Origin: an uncultured Clostridia bacterium
Lineage (GTDB): Bacteria; Bacillota; Clostridia; Oscillospirales; Acutalibacteraceae
Length of the DNA: 64,000 nucleotides
NCBI GenBank assembly: GCA_904397205.1
Contig: CAJFOO010000017.1
Coordinates: 6,098 to 70,097, forward strand
Direction: 5' to 3'
This document shows, one piece after another, positions 1-9,777 of the stretch. Under the pieces are notes generated by a model. That model searched no databases and had not been told where the DNA came from. It worked only from the letters and a program-made list of their open reading frames with translations. Numbering within the stretch: the stretch's first letter is position 1; the number at the start of each line of letters is the position of its first letter. Both the position numbers and the translations under genes were made by a program.

Positions 1-19
1 GAAAACGAGGTGTGATACG

Positions 20-964
20 ATGCAAACACAGGCACAGGACAAATATGATGTGATTATTATTGGCGGAGGGCCGGCAGGGTATACAGCGGCTTTATACTGC
101 GCCCGGGCAGAACTGAAAACACTCCTGATCGAAAAATTGGCTCCGGGCGGACAGATGGGCACCACCGCCCGCGTGGAGAATTATCCCGGTTTTATCGAAG
201 GGGTAAGCGGGTTTGAACTGGCCATGTCCATGAAGCGCCAGGCGGAACGCTTTGCGGCGCAGACCCGGGACGGGCAAGTGGTTTCGGTGGAGCTGGAGGG
301 CAAGGAAAAAACAGTCTGCCTGGCGGATGGCTCCCAACTGCACGCCCGGGCGGTGATCCTGGCCATGGGCGCGTCCCCCAGGGAATTGGGCCTGCCGGGA
401 GAGAAAGAGTTGCGCGGCCGTGGAGTCTCTTATTGCGCTACCTGTGACGGGGCGTTTTTCCGCGGGAAGACGGTCGTAGTTGTGGGCGGCGGCGATACGG
501 CGGCGGCGAGCGTGCTGTTCCTTTCCCACCTTTGCCAGAAGGTGATCCTGATCCACCGCCGCGATACCCTGCGGGCCTCGGCATCCTATCGCAAACCGCT
601 GGCTGAGTGCGGCAACGTGGAATATTGCTGGGATAGCCAGGTGCAAAGCATCCTGTACGATCAGAAAGTTACCGGTGTAGAGGTGAAGGACGTTCAGACC
701 GGGGAAGCGAAAACAATCGGCTGTGACGGGGTGTTTGTGATGGTGGGCTATACGCCCAATACCGATCTTGTCCAGGGGAAAGTCCCCTTGGATTCCCAGG
801 GATATGTGGCCGCAGGCGAGGATACACAGACCGGGATTGCAGGGGTATTTGCCGCTGGCGATTTGCGTGCCAAGCCCTTGCGTCAGATTGTTACGGCGGT
901 ATCGGACGGAGCGGTGGCCGCACAGATGGCCGAGAAGTATCTTGATCTTGAACAACTTGGATAA
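20..964 (+). CDS. trxB: thioredoxin-disulfide reductase
   Basis: 314-aa ORF. FAD motif IIIGGGPAGYTAA, redox-active CATCDG, NADPH motif VVGGGDTAA. GAGG Shine-Dalgarno (SD) sequence upstream of the ATG. Confidence 0.9.
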   Translation: MQTQAQDKYDVIIIGGGPAGYTAALYCARAELKTLLIEKLAPGGQMGTTARVENYPGFIEGVSGFELAMSMKRQAERFAAQTRDGQVVSVELEGKEKTVCLADGSQLHARAVILAMGASPRELGLPGEKELRGRGVSYCATCDGAFFRGKTVVVVGGGDTAAASVLFLSHLCQKVILIHRRDTLRASASYRKPLAECGNVEYCWDSQVQSILYDQKVTGVEVKDVQTGEAKTIGCDGVFVMVGYTPNTDLVQGKVPLDSQGYVAAGEDTQTGIAGVFAAGDLRAKPLRQIVTAVSDGAVAAQMAEKYLDLEQLG

Positions 965-1074
965 AACGGCCCGGGTTTTCACAAGATATCCCAGGTTTGT
1001 TCACAAAATATTCATGTGAATACGATAAAATATGGCTGTAAAACAAAAATGAAAATAGAAATGAGGGAAATAAT

Positions 1075-1710
1075 ATGAATAATATTGCGCAGGCCAATGT
1101 AGTCGCCGCATTTTTTGCTGTGGAAAGCGAAGCATACCAAGCCTTTTCGGAAGTAAAACTGGATCCTTTCCTGCCGCATAGTACTTTGTCGCAGCTTGTC
1201 CTGCTGAAAAAGCAGGGGGGCCAAGTGATTCCTCTGGAAAGCTTTGACTCCGGAGAAGACACCAACGACGATACCATTGCCGGCGGCTTTATGGGCGCGT
1301 TGATTGGGATCCTCGGCGGGCCTTTGGGGATTCTCTTAGGCGGCGGGGTCGGCGCATTGATCGGCATGGCAGTAGACAATAAGGATATTGTGGATGAAAT
1401 GTCGATTCTGGAACGGGTTTCCACACGGATGCAGGAGGGGGATACTGCCCTGCTGGCCTTGGTACAGGAGGATGACGAGTCGGCACTGAACCAGCGGCTG
1501 GAGAAATTCCAGGCGGTGATCCTGCGCTGGGACGCGGCAGATATCCAGGAAGAACTTGAGGAAGCCAAAATGGTAGAAAAAGAACTGGAACGGCAGGCAA
1601 AACAGGAGATGCGCAAACAAAAATCGGAAGAGCGCCAAGCCAAAAAGAAAGCCTACCGGGAAAAATTCCGCCAGGATTTTGAAAACCTCAAGAAAAAGCA
1701 TGAAAAATAA
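1075..1710 (+). CDS. hypothetical glycine-zipper membrane protein (DUF1269-like) with K/E-rich coiled-coil tail
   Basis: 211-aa ORF with SD GAGGGA 6 nt upstream. Central segment GGFMGALIGILGGPLGILLGGGVGALIGMAV. Highly charged C-terminus (EELEEAKMVEKELERQAKQEMRKQK). Family assignment is from memory only. Confidence 0.5.
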   Translation: MNNIAQANVVAAFFAVESEAYQAFSEVKLDPFLPHSTLSQLVLLKKQGGQVIPLESFDSGEDTNDDTIAGGFMGALIGILGGPLGILLGGGVGALIGMAVDNKDIVDEMSILERVSTRMQEGDTALLALVQEDDESALNQRLEKFQAVILRWDAADIQEELEEAKMVEKELERQAKQEMRKQKSEERQAKKKAYREKFRQDFENLKKKHEK

Positions 1711-1769
1711 TCCCCTGCCTGCAAGGACAGGAAGAGACTGATACAGAAAAACGGCTGTATCTGGCCAAT

Positions 1770-1808
1770 AAAAAAATCCGGGAGCGGTATATTGCTCCCG
1801 GATTTTTC
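1770..1808. terminator. bidirectional intrinsic terminator between the hypothetical gene and the SEDS gene
   Basis: 9-bp perfect stem TCCGGGAGC / GCTCCCGGA (1777-1785 / 1794-1802), flanked by an A-run upstream and TTTTT downstream. Confidence 0.8.
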
Positions 1809-1827
1809 TGTTTTAGTTGTATGGGTT

Positions 1828-3111
1828 TTACCGTTGATGATATGTGTGGATTTTTTGCAGCCGGTGTACATTTTCGGTTTCAAACTGATCCTTTTCGCTG
1901 CGGTGCATCGCCACATTCTGCACCAGTCCGAATCCCAGATACAGGCAGGCGGCGGAAGAGCCCCCGGCGCTGAAAAAGGGCAGGGTAATCCCCATAACGG
2001 GAAGAAGGCTCAGGCACATGCCCAGGTTAAAGATCGTTTGGGATGCGATCATTCCAAAGAATCCAAAGCACATGTAGGAGCCAAGGTTATCGCACGAATT
2101 CCGGGCGATATGCAGGGTGCGCAGGCAGATAAACAGAAGAAGAAGGATAATCCCCATGCAGCCCAAAAAGCCCAGCTGCTCGCCTGCGACAGAGAAAATA
2201 AAATCGCTTTCCTGTACCGGTACCACGCCGCGCTGTACCCGTGGGGCATCTCCCAGGCCCTGGCCAAAGAACTGCCCCGACCCAATGGAAATCATGCCCT
2301 GGATTTGCTGCAGGCCAAAGCCCTGTGGATCCAGCTCCGGGTTAAAAGAAACCAGGATGCGGTTGCGCTGGTAATCTTCAAAAATATATTGCCAGGCAAT
2401 GGGGATAAAAATCAGGATAGCGCCGAACAGGATGGCAAAATAGCGAAAGGGGACTCCCGCGGCCAACGACATACACAAAAATATGAAGAAGAAAATCACG
2501 GCGGCCCCATCGTCCCCCTGGAAGTGTGCCAGAAGCATGGGGATGAGCGCATGTACAGCCAGCAGGCATACATGTAGCACCCGGCCGATATTCCCGCTTT
2601 CCTTGGCCAGGCTCAGATGCTTGCCGTAGGTCACAAGGAAAAAGATTTTGACCAGCTCGGAGGGCTGAAACGTCGTAAAGCCAAGGTTAATCCATGCCCG
2701 CGCATTGACGCCGTCGCTGCCGACAATCGCTGTGCCGAACAGCAGTACATAGACCATTAACAGAATAGCCGCGCCGCCGATCCATTTCCAGAAGCGGGCG
2801 ATAGATCGGTAATCGAAGACCGTCAGAAGGATAGCCCCTGCATAGCCGATGATAATAGCGATAAACTGGACGATAAAATACCGGTGGCCTTGTCCATTGG
2901 ACGAAGGTACGGTATATAGCAAAACCAGGCTGTATAGGGACGTGGCCAATAACAAGCCCCAAAGAAATTTATCTGCCCGGCGGAAATAATCGAGCAGGAC
3001 CTTACCGATTTTGGCAAATCCATGCCGCAGTTTGACTTTTGCGGATGGGCCGGATACATACGTCAAATTTGCATTCACCTCTTGTCTGTAGCACGCGGGA
3101 CGCAGAAACAT
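1828..3111 (-). CDS. FtsW/RodA/SpoVE (SEDS) family peptidoglycan glycosyltransferase
   Basis: 427-aa polytopic membrane ORF with SEDS motifs QPSELVKI, ESDFIFSVAGEQLGF and GITLPFFSAGGSS. The start is uncertain because the ATG at 3111 has an SD only 1 nt away, so a downstream start is possible. Confidence 0.85.
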   Translation of the reverse strand: MFLRPACYRQEVNANLTYVSGPSAKVKLRHGFAKIGKVLLDYFRRADKFLWGLLLATSLYSLVLLYTVPSSNGQGHRYFIVQFIAIIIGYAGAILLTVFDYRSIARFWKWIGGAAILLMVYVLLFGTAIVGSDGVNARAWINLGFTTFQPSELVKIFFLVTYGKHLSLAKESGNIGRVLHVCLLAVHALIPMLLAHFQGDDGAAVIFFFIFLCMSLAAGVPFRYFAILFGAILIFIPIAWQYIFEDYQRNRILVSFNPELDPQGFGLQQIQGMISIGSGQFFGQGLGDAPRVQRGVVPVQESDFIFSVAGEQLGFLGCMGIILLLLFICLRTLHIARNSCDNLGSYMCFGFFGMIASQTIFNLGMCLSLLPVMGITLPFFSAGGSSAACLYLGFGLVQNVAMHRSEKDQFETENVHRLQKIHTYHQR

Positions 3112-3448
3112 CCCTCTTCATCATATGGAAATCAGGTCGGATTATCCGGACAGTCGGTGGATTCTCGGAATTTTTCCACAAGATATGCCTGTGGTTGTTT
3201 CTTATTATAGTATGAATGGCGCGAAAGTGCAAGGGATACTTTTTTCTGCGCGGGAAATGTGGTATAATAGCCGCAGGAAATAAAAACAGCAGGCTCTTTG
3301 GGCCAGGCATACCGTGGGGAAAGCTGCGCGGGGCGGCGGTTTTGCGGGCACAAGGGCTGCCGTTCCCCGCGAAAGCCGACACGCGATATGGGAGCGGGCG
3401 CCGCCCGCCGCAGATGCTGAAAGTACATACAGATAAGGAGTTGCCGAT

Positions 3449-5116
3449 ATGTTGACAGATATTGAAATTGCACAGCAATGTAAACTGCTTCCCATTGCCC
3501 GGGTAGCGGAACAGTTGGGGATAGGAGAAGAGGAATGGGAACCTTACGGGCGGTATAAGGCGAAGCTGACCCCCGCGCTGTTTGAGCGGGTAAAGGATCG
3601 GCCGGACGGCAAGCTGATTTTGGTTACCGCGATCAATCCCACGCCTGCCGGCGAAGGCAAAACCACCACGACGGCCGGTTTGGGCGAAGCCATGGCCAAA
3701 ATCGGGAAGAAGGCGGTGGTTGCCCTGCGGGAGCCTTCCCTTGGCCCGGTATTTGGAGTCAAAGGAGGGGCGGCCGGCGGCGGCTATGCCCAGGTATTGC
3801 CGATGGAGGACATCAACCTGCATTTTACGGGAGATATGCACGCCATTACCGCAGCGAACAACCTGCTTTGCGCCCTGGTGGACAATCATATCCAGCAGGG
3901 GAACACACTGGGGATCGATCCCCGGCAGATACAGATCAAGCGCTGCCTGGACATGAACGATCGGGAGCTGCGCGGGATTGTTGTGGGGCTGGGCGGGAAA
4001 GCCAATGGTACCCCGCGGGAAGACGGGTTTATCATTACCGTAGCCAGCGAGGTGATGGCAATCCTGTGCCTGTGCCGGGACATCGCCGATTTGAAGCAGC
4101 GGCTGGGGAATATCCTTGTAGCCCGCACCTATGCCGGCGGGCCGGTATATGCCCGGGATCTCCAGGCCCAGGGCGCGATGGCTGCCCTGCTCAAGGACGC
4201 TATCCACCCGAACCTGGTGCAGACGATCGAAGGGACCCCGGTCATCATGCACGGCGGGCCGTTTGCCAATATCGCCCATGGATGCAATTCGATCCGGGCC
4301 ACGCAACTGGCCCTGAAGCTGGGGGATTACTGCATTACGGAAGCCGGGTTTGGTTCCGATCTGGGGGCCGAAAAATTCTTCGATATCAAGTGCCGGTTTG
4401 CCGGGTTCCGTCCCCATGCCGTGGTGGTAGTCGCCACGGCCAAAGCGCTCAAATACAACGGCGGCTGTTCCAAGGAAGAAGCCTCCAAGCCGAATCTTGC
4501 CGCACTGCAAAAAGGTATTGTCAATTTGGGCGTACACATCGAGAACATGCGCAAATACGGGGTACCGGTTGTGGTGGCTATCAACCGCTTCCATACCGAT
4601 ACCCAGGAGGAACTTGCGTTCATTGAAGCCTACTGCAAGGAAAACCATGCGGAATTTGCCTTGTCGGAAGTGTTTGCCAAAGGCGGGGAAGGCGGCGTGG
4701 ATTTGGCCCGTAAGGTATGCCAGGCGGCGGAAGCGCCTTCGGATTTTGCACCGCTGTACGGGCTGGATCTGCCAGTGGCAGAAAAAATCGAGACGATTGC
4801 CCGGAAGATCTATGGGGCCGACGGTGTGGACTTTACGGCGAAAGCCCGCAAGTCTCTGGCAGAGATCGAAGCCCTTGGAGGGAATTCCATGCCGGTGTGC
4901 ATCGCCAAGACCCAGTATTCCCTGTCCGACGTCCCCTCTTTGCTGGGACGCCCGTCCGGATTCCGCATTACGATCGCGGATCTGCGCTTGTCCAATGGAG
5001 CAGGATTTGTCGTGGCCTATGCGGGGGATATCATGACCATGCCCGGCCTGCCGAAAGTCCCGGCAGCCAATTCGATTGACGTGGACGAAACCGGTATGGT
5101 TTCCGGCCTGTTCTGA
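3449..5116 (+). CDS. fhs: formate--tetrahydrofolate ligase
   Basis: 555-aa ORF. N-terminus [10 protein letters not shown]-loop [12 protein letters not shown], full-length family-typical sequence. SD AAGGAG upstream. Confidence 0.95.
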   Translation: MLTDIEIAQQCKLLPIARVAEQLGIGEEEWEPYGRYKAKLTPALFERVKDRPDGKLILVTAINPTPAGEGKTTTTAGLGEAMAKIGKKAVVALREPSLGPVFGVKGGAAGGGYAQVLPMEDINLHFTGDMHAITAANNLLCALVDNHIQQGNTLGIDPRQIQIKRCLDMNDRELRGIVVGLGGKANGTPREDGFIITVASEVMAILCLCRDIADLKQRLGNILVARTYAGGPVYARDLQAQGAMAALLKDAIHPNLVQTIEGTPVIMHGGPFANIAHGCNSIRATQLALKLGDYCITEAGFGSDLGAEKFFDIKCRFAGFRPHAVVVVATAKALKYNGGCSKEEASKPNLAALQKGIVNLGVHIENMRKYGVPVVVAINRFHTDTQEELAFIEAYCKENHAEFALSEVFAKGGEGGVDLARKVCQAAEAPSDFAPLYGLDLPVAEKIETIARKIYGADGVDFTAKARKSLAEIEALGGNSMPVCIAKTQYSLSDVPSLLGRPSGFRITIADLRLSNGAGFVVAYAGDIMTMPGLPKVPAANSIDVDETGMVSGLF

Positions 5117-5565
5117 TGGCGGGTCAGAAAACCGGGTGGGACTGGACCTTTACCAGCCGTTCCCCCGAGGAAACGGAAGAGTTTGGCCGCCGATTGGCAC
5201 AGCGCCTGCAAGGAGGCGAGGTGATCGCTTTATTCGGCGGGATGGGCCGCGGAAAAACCGCGTTTACCCGGGGACTGGCCGCTGGCCTTGGTTCCCGCGA
5301 CCCTGTATCAAGTCCGACCTTTGCCCTGGTGCAGGAATATGCGGGACGCCTTCCCCTTTACCATTTTGACATGTACCGGATAGAAAGCTGGGATGATCTG
5401 TATTCCACCGGTTTTTTCGATTATCTGGAATCCGGCGGCGTGCTGGTAATTGAATGGAGCGAAAACATCGAAGGGGCCTTGCCCGCCGGTTGCATCCGCG
5501 TGGCCATTGAACCGGGAGAAAAGGAACACGAACGCGTATTTTATGGGAAAGGGGTGGCGCTGTGA
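5116..5565 (+). CDS. tsaE: tRNA t6A37 biosynthesis ATPase TsaE
   Basis: 149-aa ORF with P-loop GGMGRGKTAFTRG and SPTFALVQEY. Its start overlaps the fhs stop (TGATG). Confidence 0.85.
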   Translation: MAGQKTGWDWTFTSRSPEETEEFGRRLAQRLQGGEVIALFGGMGRGKTAFTRGLAAGLGSRDPVSSPTFALVQEYAGRLPLYHFDMYRIESWDDLYSTGFFDYLESGGVLVIEWSENIEGALPAGCIRVAIEPGEKEHERVFYGKGVAL

Positions 5566-6281
5566 AGCTGCTTGCATTGGACTGCTCGGCCGTTTCGGCG
5601 TCGGTGAGCGTCTGGGACGGGGAGCGGATGCTGGGGGAATGGTTCCTGCACATCCCGCAGACCCATAGCCAGACGCTGATGCCCATGGTACGGGATCTGC
5701 TGGAGATGGCAGGGATCCCTTTGGCGGACATGGAGGTGTTTGCCGTGTCGGTGGGGCCGGGTTCGTTCACGGGCGTGCGCATCGGTGTTTCGTGCGTGAA
5801 GGGGATGGCCCTCCCAGGCAATACGCCCTGCGTGGGGGTTTCGACCCTGGAGGCAATGGCCCATCCTTTGGCCGGCCTGCCGGGGACTGTGTGCGCGGTG
5901 ATGGACGCCCGGTGCGCGCAGGTGTATCATGCCCGGTTTTCCATAGGGGAAGGGGTCCGGCGCGAAGGGGAAGAGGAAGCCCTTCCGATAGCTTCGCTGC
6001 CGCAGCGGTACGCGGATGTGGAAGGACCCATTTATCTGGTGGGAGACGGGGCGGTACTTTGCGCCCAAACGGCCTTTGCGGAGGATCCGCGGGTGCGCCT
6101 GGTAGCGGAACCGCTGCGGTTCCAGCGCAGCAGCGGGGTAGCTTTGGCCGCCTTACAGGCTATCCGGCGCGGGGAAATGCAGGATGCCGGATCGTTGGCC
6201 CCGGTATATCTGCGGCTGCCCCAGGCGGAGCGGGAATTGAAAAAACGGTTGGGACAAACGGAAGGAGAGAAAACAGGATGA
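5562..6281 (+). CDS. tsaB: tRNA t6A37 biosynthesis protein TsaB
   Basis: 239-aa ORF starting MKLLALDCSA, with the GPGSFTGVRIG motif. 4-nt overlap with tsaE. Confidence 0.85.
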   Translation: MKLLALDCSAVSASVSVWDGERMLGEWFLHIPQTHSQTLMPMVRDLLEMAGIPLADMEVFAVSVGPGSFTGVRIGVSCVKGMALPGNTPCVGVSTLEAMAHPLAGLPGTVCAVMDARCAQVYHARFSIGEGVRREGEEEALPIASLPQRYADVEGPIYLVGDGAVLCAQTAFAEDPRVRLVAEPLRFQRSSGVALAALQAIRRGEMQDAGSLAPVYLRLPQAERELKKRLGQTEGEKTG

Positions 6282-6715
6282 TTGCATTAGGAGCGGATCA
6301 CGGTGGGTTTCTTTTAAAGGAGGCCGTGAAGCAGTATTTGGAAGAACAGGGGATTCCCTACCGGGATTTTGGCACCCACAGTGAGGAATCGGTGGACTAT
6401 CCTCTTTTTGCTGAACCGGTTGCCCGGGCGGTAGCCAGTGGGGAGGCATCGAAGGGGATCCTGTGCTGCGGCACGGGGATTGGGATTTCCATTGCCGCCA
6501 ATAAGATAAAAGGGATCCGGGCGGCGGTAGTCTGCAATGCGTTCTGCGCGGAAGCGACCCGCCGGCACAATGATGCGAATATCCTCTGTATGGGTGGACG
6601 GGTTATCTCTGCGGAACAGGCTGTGGAGTTTACCAAGATCTTTTTGGAAACCCCTTTTGAAGGAGGACGGCATCAACGGCGGATTGACCAGATTGCGGCA
6701 TTGGAGAGACCATAA
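6278..6715 (+). CDS. rpiB: ribose-5-phosphate isomerase B
   Basis: An internal ATG of track ORF 5792..6715 gives MIALGADHGGFLLKE plus CGTGIGISIAANK. SD GGAGAG upstream. The longer upstream extension overlaps tsaB and is rejected. Confidence 0.9.
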   Translation: MIALGADHGGFLLKEAVKQYLEEQGIPYRDFGTHSEESVDYPLFAEPVARAVASGEASKGILCCGTGIGISIAANKIKGIRAAVVCNAFCAEATRRHNDANILCMGGRVISAEQAVEFTKIFLETPFEGGRHQRRIDQIAALERP

Positions 6716-6738
6716 AATTAAGGAGGGAAGGGGATAGC

Positions 6739-7176
6739 ATGAAAGCAAAAACACATACGGCGGGGATGTTCGCGTTTATTTTTTTGTTGTCCTTTACGCT
6801 GATGGGATGTACCTCTGCCTCCCCTTCATTGCCGTCGGGCGGGGAGTCTTCCTTTTCATCCGCGGCGGCTCCCTATCTGATGGTACGGAAATTTACGATG
6901 GTGGCGGGACAAAAAATCATTTTTCAACCGGCTACCATCCGAAAAATCATGCAGTACATCGATCAGGCGCCCAAGACACCTTTGGAAAAACAGGACGAAA
7001 CGCCTCCTTCGATATTTTCGGTTTCCTGCCCGGATATCAATTATCAGGCTATCCTATACCGGCAAAATATCCTGTATTATTTTAATCGGTACTATCGGGT
7101 GGATAACCAGTTCCGCAAAGATCTGGCCGCTTTATATCAAGAAGCTGAGGAGGCCTCCAGTCCTATTATGGGATAA
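6739..7176 (+). CDS. hypothetical lipoprotein
   Basis: 145-aa ORF with SD AAGGAGG. Signal peptide ending in the lipobox LMGC. No recognisable domain. Confidence 0.5.
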   Translation: MKAKTHTAGMFAFIFLLSFTLMGCTSASPSLPSGGESSFSSAAAPYLMVRKFTMVAGQKIIFQPATIRKIMQYIDQAPKTPLEKQDETPPSIFSVSCPDINYQAILYRQNILYYFNRYYRVDNQFRKDLAALYQEAEEASSPIMG

Positions 7177-7239
7177 AATTGGCCCGGCATAGGCCGGGCG
7201 GCATCAATCATATTATTGCATTGGAGTACGGCATGGCCT

Positions 7240-8253
7240 TTAGGGGCATGCCGTTTTCTGTTCCGGTTGGTTCCCGTGCGGCTTTTCATCGTCATAGCCT
7301 AAGGTATACCCCAGATGTTTGATCATTTGCATGTCGGCTGGCACGGTAATCCCTGCGGTAGTGAGCATATTTCCAGAGATTGCTGCATTGGCTCCGCTCA
7401 GAAAACAGGATTTGCCTTTATCCGGCAGCAACCCCCGCCCTCCGGCAAGACGGATAGAGGCTCCCGGCAGGATAAAACGGTATACGGCTACAATCCGGCG
7501 CATATCCTCTTGGGCCAGTGTTTGGTTTTGTTCCAGCGGGGTTCCGGCAAGCGGGTTGAGCATGTTTACAGGGACACTTTTTATTCCCAGTTCGCGCAGG
7601 GTAAAGGCCATGTCGATCCGGTCTTCCCACGTCTCGCCGAGGCCCATGATCCCGCCGCTGCACACAGAAAGACCAGCCGCCTGCGCAGCCCGGATGGCCT
7701 GTATTTTTTCATCGAACGTGTGGGTTGTGCATATGTTGGGGAAATATCTCCGGGAGGTTTCCAGATTATTATGTATCCTGGTCACTCCGGCGGCTTTTAG
7801 CTTTTGATATTGCCCTTCATGGAGCAGGCCAAAAGAAACGCAGACGGAAAGGCCGGTTTTTTCCCGGATGGCCCGGATGGTTTCGCACATGGATTCCACT
7901 TCTTGATCCGACAGGCGTTTTCCTGAAGTGACGATCGAATACCGCAGTATGCCCTGTGCTTCGTCGATGGTTGCTTGTTTGACGATTTCCTCCGTGGAGA
8001 GCAGGGGGTATTCCGGCGTTTGGGTACGGTTGTGGGAAGACTGGGCACAGAAACGGCAGTTTTCGGGGCAGCGGCCGCTTTTGGCGTTAAGGATGGAACA
8101 AAGGTCAAACCGGTCGGAACAGAAACGGCGGCGGATCGCGTCGGCTGTTCGGCACAGTTTTTCCAAGGGCTGGGAATATAGTTCCATCGCTTCCTGTCTG
8201 GTAATGGATTTCCCCTCCCGGATTTCCTTCCCCAGTGCTTCTGCATCTAGCAT
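7240..8253 (-). CDS. bioB: biotin synthase (radical SAM)
   Basis: 337-aa ORF. Radical-SAM cluster CPENCRFCAQS, NNLETS, and the GLGET block typical of BioB. Confidence 0.85.
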   Translation of the reverse strand: MLDAEALGKEIREGKSITRQEAMELYSQPLEKLCRTADAIRRRFCSDRFDLCSILNAKSGRCPENCRFCAQSSHNRTQTPEYPLLSTEEIVKQATIDEAQGILRYSIVTSGKRLSDQEVESMCETIRAIREKTGLSVCVSFGLLHEGQYQKLKAAGVTRIHNNLETSRRYFPNICTTHTFDEKIQAIRAAQAAGLSVCSGGIMGLGETWEDRIDMAFTLRELGIKSVPVNMLNPLAGTPLEQNQTLAQEDMRRIVAVYRFILPGASIRLAGGRGLLPDKGKSCFLSGANAAISGNMLTTAGITVPADMQMIKHLGYTLGYDDEKPHGNQPEQKTACP

Positions 8254-8333
8254 CTGATGGCACTCCTTTCTGTTTTTCCATGAGATACCGTTTCTCTATG
8301 TATGCAGAAATCATACCATACACACCGCACGAT

Positions 8334-8362
8334 CGTCAACTTAATTTTTAAATTAGTTTACA
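8334..8362. promoter_or_regulatory. candidate BirA-type operator upstream of bioB
   Basis: On the bioB strand: TGTAAAC-N15(AT-rich)-GTTGACG. This is an imperfect inverted repeat resembling the bioO half-sites TGTAAACC/GGTTTACA as I recall them. Two mismatches between the arms. Confidence 0.35.
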
Positions 8363-8405
8363 ATTTTGGGTTTCGCTTTTGGATGCGGGGGACGCCTGTC
8401 CGTCC

Positions 8406-9638
8406 TTATAGATAGGCGGATGATTCAAAAATTATACCCTGCCGCCACTCCCGTCCGGCTGGCTGAGGGCAGGGGCAGGCCAAGGCATAGAGATCGTCCG
8501 CTTGGGCTTCCAGGGCGAGCAGGCGCTGCGCCGCGGGAGACAGGGAAGGGATTTGCGCATACTTAGTGACCACCGGCAGGGAGCCCGGTGTGGCGGCGAT
8601 GGTTTTGAGGATGTCCCTGCCTTTTTCGTTCATGCCCAGGATCCGCAGGTAGGGAGGGGGGAGGATGGTATCGCCGGCGCGGATGCCCAGGAATGCCGCG
8701 AGGATCAACCGGCGGATCCGGGCATGGGAATACCGTTTGGATTTGATGCGGGCGTAGAGATCTTCCAGGCTTGCCGTTTGCCGCACAGCATCGGTGATAC
8801 GATGTTCCAGCCCTTCGGTACAGTCTGGGAGGGAAGCGAAAGCGGCGGGATCCATCCGGCGAAGGTGAGCGAGAATGGCGGGCTCCAAGGATTTTATCCG
8901 TGCCGGTGCGCGCCCCTGCCGGATTTCATCGGAAAAAACCCGGGCGGCTTCGGCAGGGCAGTAGGGTTCCAGTGAAGCCTGCGGGGATCTTTCCAGCAGT
9001 TCCCGCAGTTGGGAGGAAGAAGGAAGCAGGGAGGGGGTTCCGTCAGCATGGTGCGGAGCGCCTTCCCGCAGGATCGCTTGAGGGAGGATGGGGGATTGCA
9101 GGGATTGCAGGGCCTTGCAGTATTCTACCCCGAGGATATTGTTCGGGGAATCGAGGAGCGCGGCCTGCGTTTCCCCGCATAACTGAGCAACCGCCTGCTT
9201 TCTGGCCAGGGGGAACGGGATTCCCGGAGAGCGCCGCAGTTGATCCCGCAACACAGCCGGAAACACATCGGAACGCAAGACGGCGGCCAACTGCTGCAGG
9301 GGGCCGGTTTGTCCGCATTCGCTGCCGAAAACCAACTGGCGGACACAGCCCATCCTGTGCAGGAGATACACCCCGCCAAAAGCAAAGGTTTCGGCCCGTG
9401 CAGCAGCCCAGGGAAGCGGCAGTTCGATTACCAGATCTGCCCCGCAAGCCAGGGCGGCCCGGGTGCGGGCCCATTTATCCAGGCAGGCGGCTGTTCCCCG
9501 CTGGACAAAGTTTCCGCTCATCACGACTGCCAGATGGGTGGAACCCTGTTCCCGGGCTTTGCGCAGGAGCAAGGCGTGGCCGTTATGGAAAGGATTGAAT
9601 TCGCAAATGATCCCAGAAAGGAAAAATTTTCCCGACAT
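8406..9638 (-). CDS. tmcAL: tRNA(Met) cytidine acetate ligase (UPF0348 nucleotidyltransferase)
   Basis: 410-aa ORF. N-terminal GIICEFNPFHNGH (HxGH-type nucleotidyltransferase signature) and family-typical length. Confidence 0.8.
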   Translation of the reverse strand: MSGKFFLSGIICEFNPFHNGHALLLRKAREQGSTHLAVVMSGNFVQRGTAACLDKWARTRAALACGADLVIELPLPWAAARAETFAFGGVYLLHRMGCVRQLVFGSECGQTGPLQQLAAVLRSDVFPAVLRDQLRRSPGIPFPLARKQAVAQLCGETQAALLDSPNNILGVEYCKALQSLQSPILPQAILREGAPHHADGTPSLLPSSSQLRELLERSPQASLEPYCPAEAARVFSDEIRQGRAPARIKSLEPAILAHLRRMDPAAFASLPDCTEGLEHRITDAVRQTASLEDLYARIKSKRYSHARIRRLILAAFLGIRAGDTILPPPYLRILGMNEKGRDILKTIAATPGSLPVVTKYAQIPSLSPAAQRLLALEAQADDLYALACPCPQPAGREWRQGIIFESSAYL

Positions 9639-9652
9639 TTTGAAAAAACTCC

Positions 9653-9681
9653 TTGCAAATTTCAGATATTTATACTATGAT
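9653..9681 (+). promoter_or_regulatory. sigma-A type promoter of ackA
   Basis: TTGCAA-17 nt-TATGAT, about 95 nt upstream of the ackA ATG. Confidence 0.55.
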
Positions 9682-9777
9682 ATACCATAGTATCAGAAAA
9701 AATCAAAATATTTTATGAAATATGATGATGAGTCGGTGCAATACGAAAAAAAATATGGCACAAGCAGGAGGATTTTT

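Noticed and set aside
3290-3420. Possible ZTP (pfl motif) or THF riboswitch in the fhs leader.
   Set aside because: The conserved cores I recall for ZTP are absent: a GACUGGCG-type segment with ...ACCGGGGAGC in the 5' subdomain, and CCGCCUGGGCA in the 3' subdomain. Only loose resemblances exist (ACCGUGGGGAAAGC, CCGCCCGCCGCA). A covariance-model search is needed for a definitive answer.
5792-6715. 307-aa ORF extending rpiB upstream. The same applies to the extended ORFs at 46275..47744 (alcohol dehydrogenase), 16699..17265 (ACT), 13001..14242 (DUF362), 52540..53520 (trpA), 54554..55240 (trpF), 55985..57706 (trpGD), 57642..59231 (trpE) and 48364..50898 (P-type ATPase).
   Set aside because: The N-terminal extensions overlap upstream genes or known non-coding elements such as the T-box and terminators. 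They have junk-like composition. Internal start codons with proper SD spacing reproduce the family-typical N-termini.
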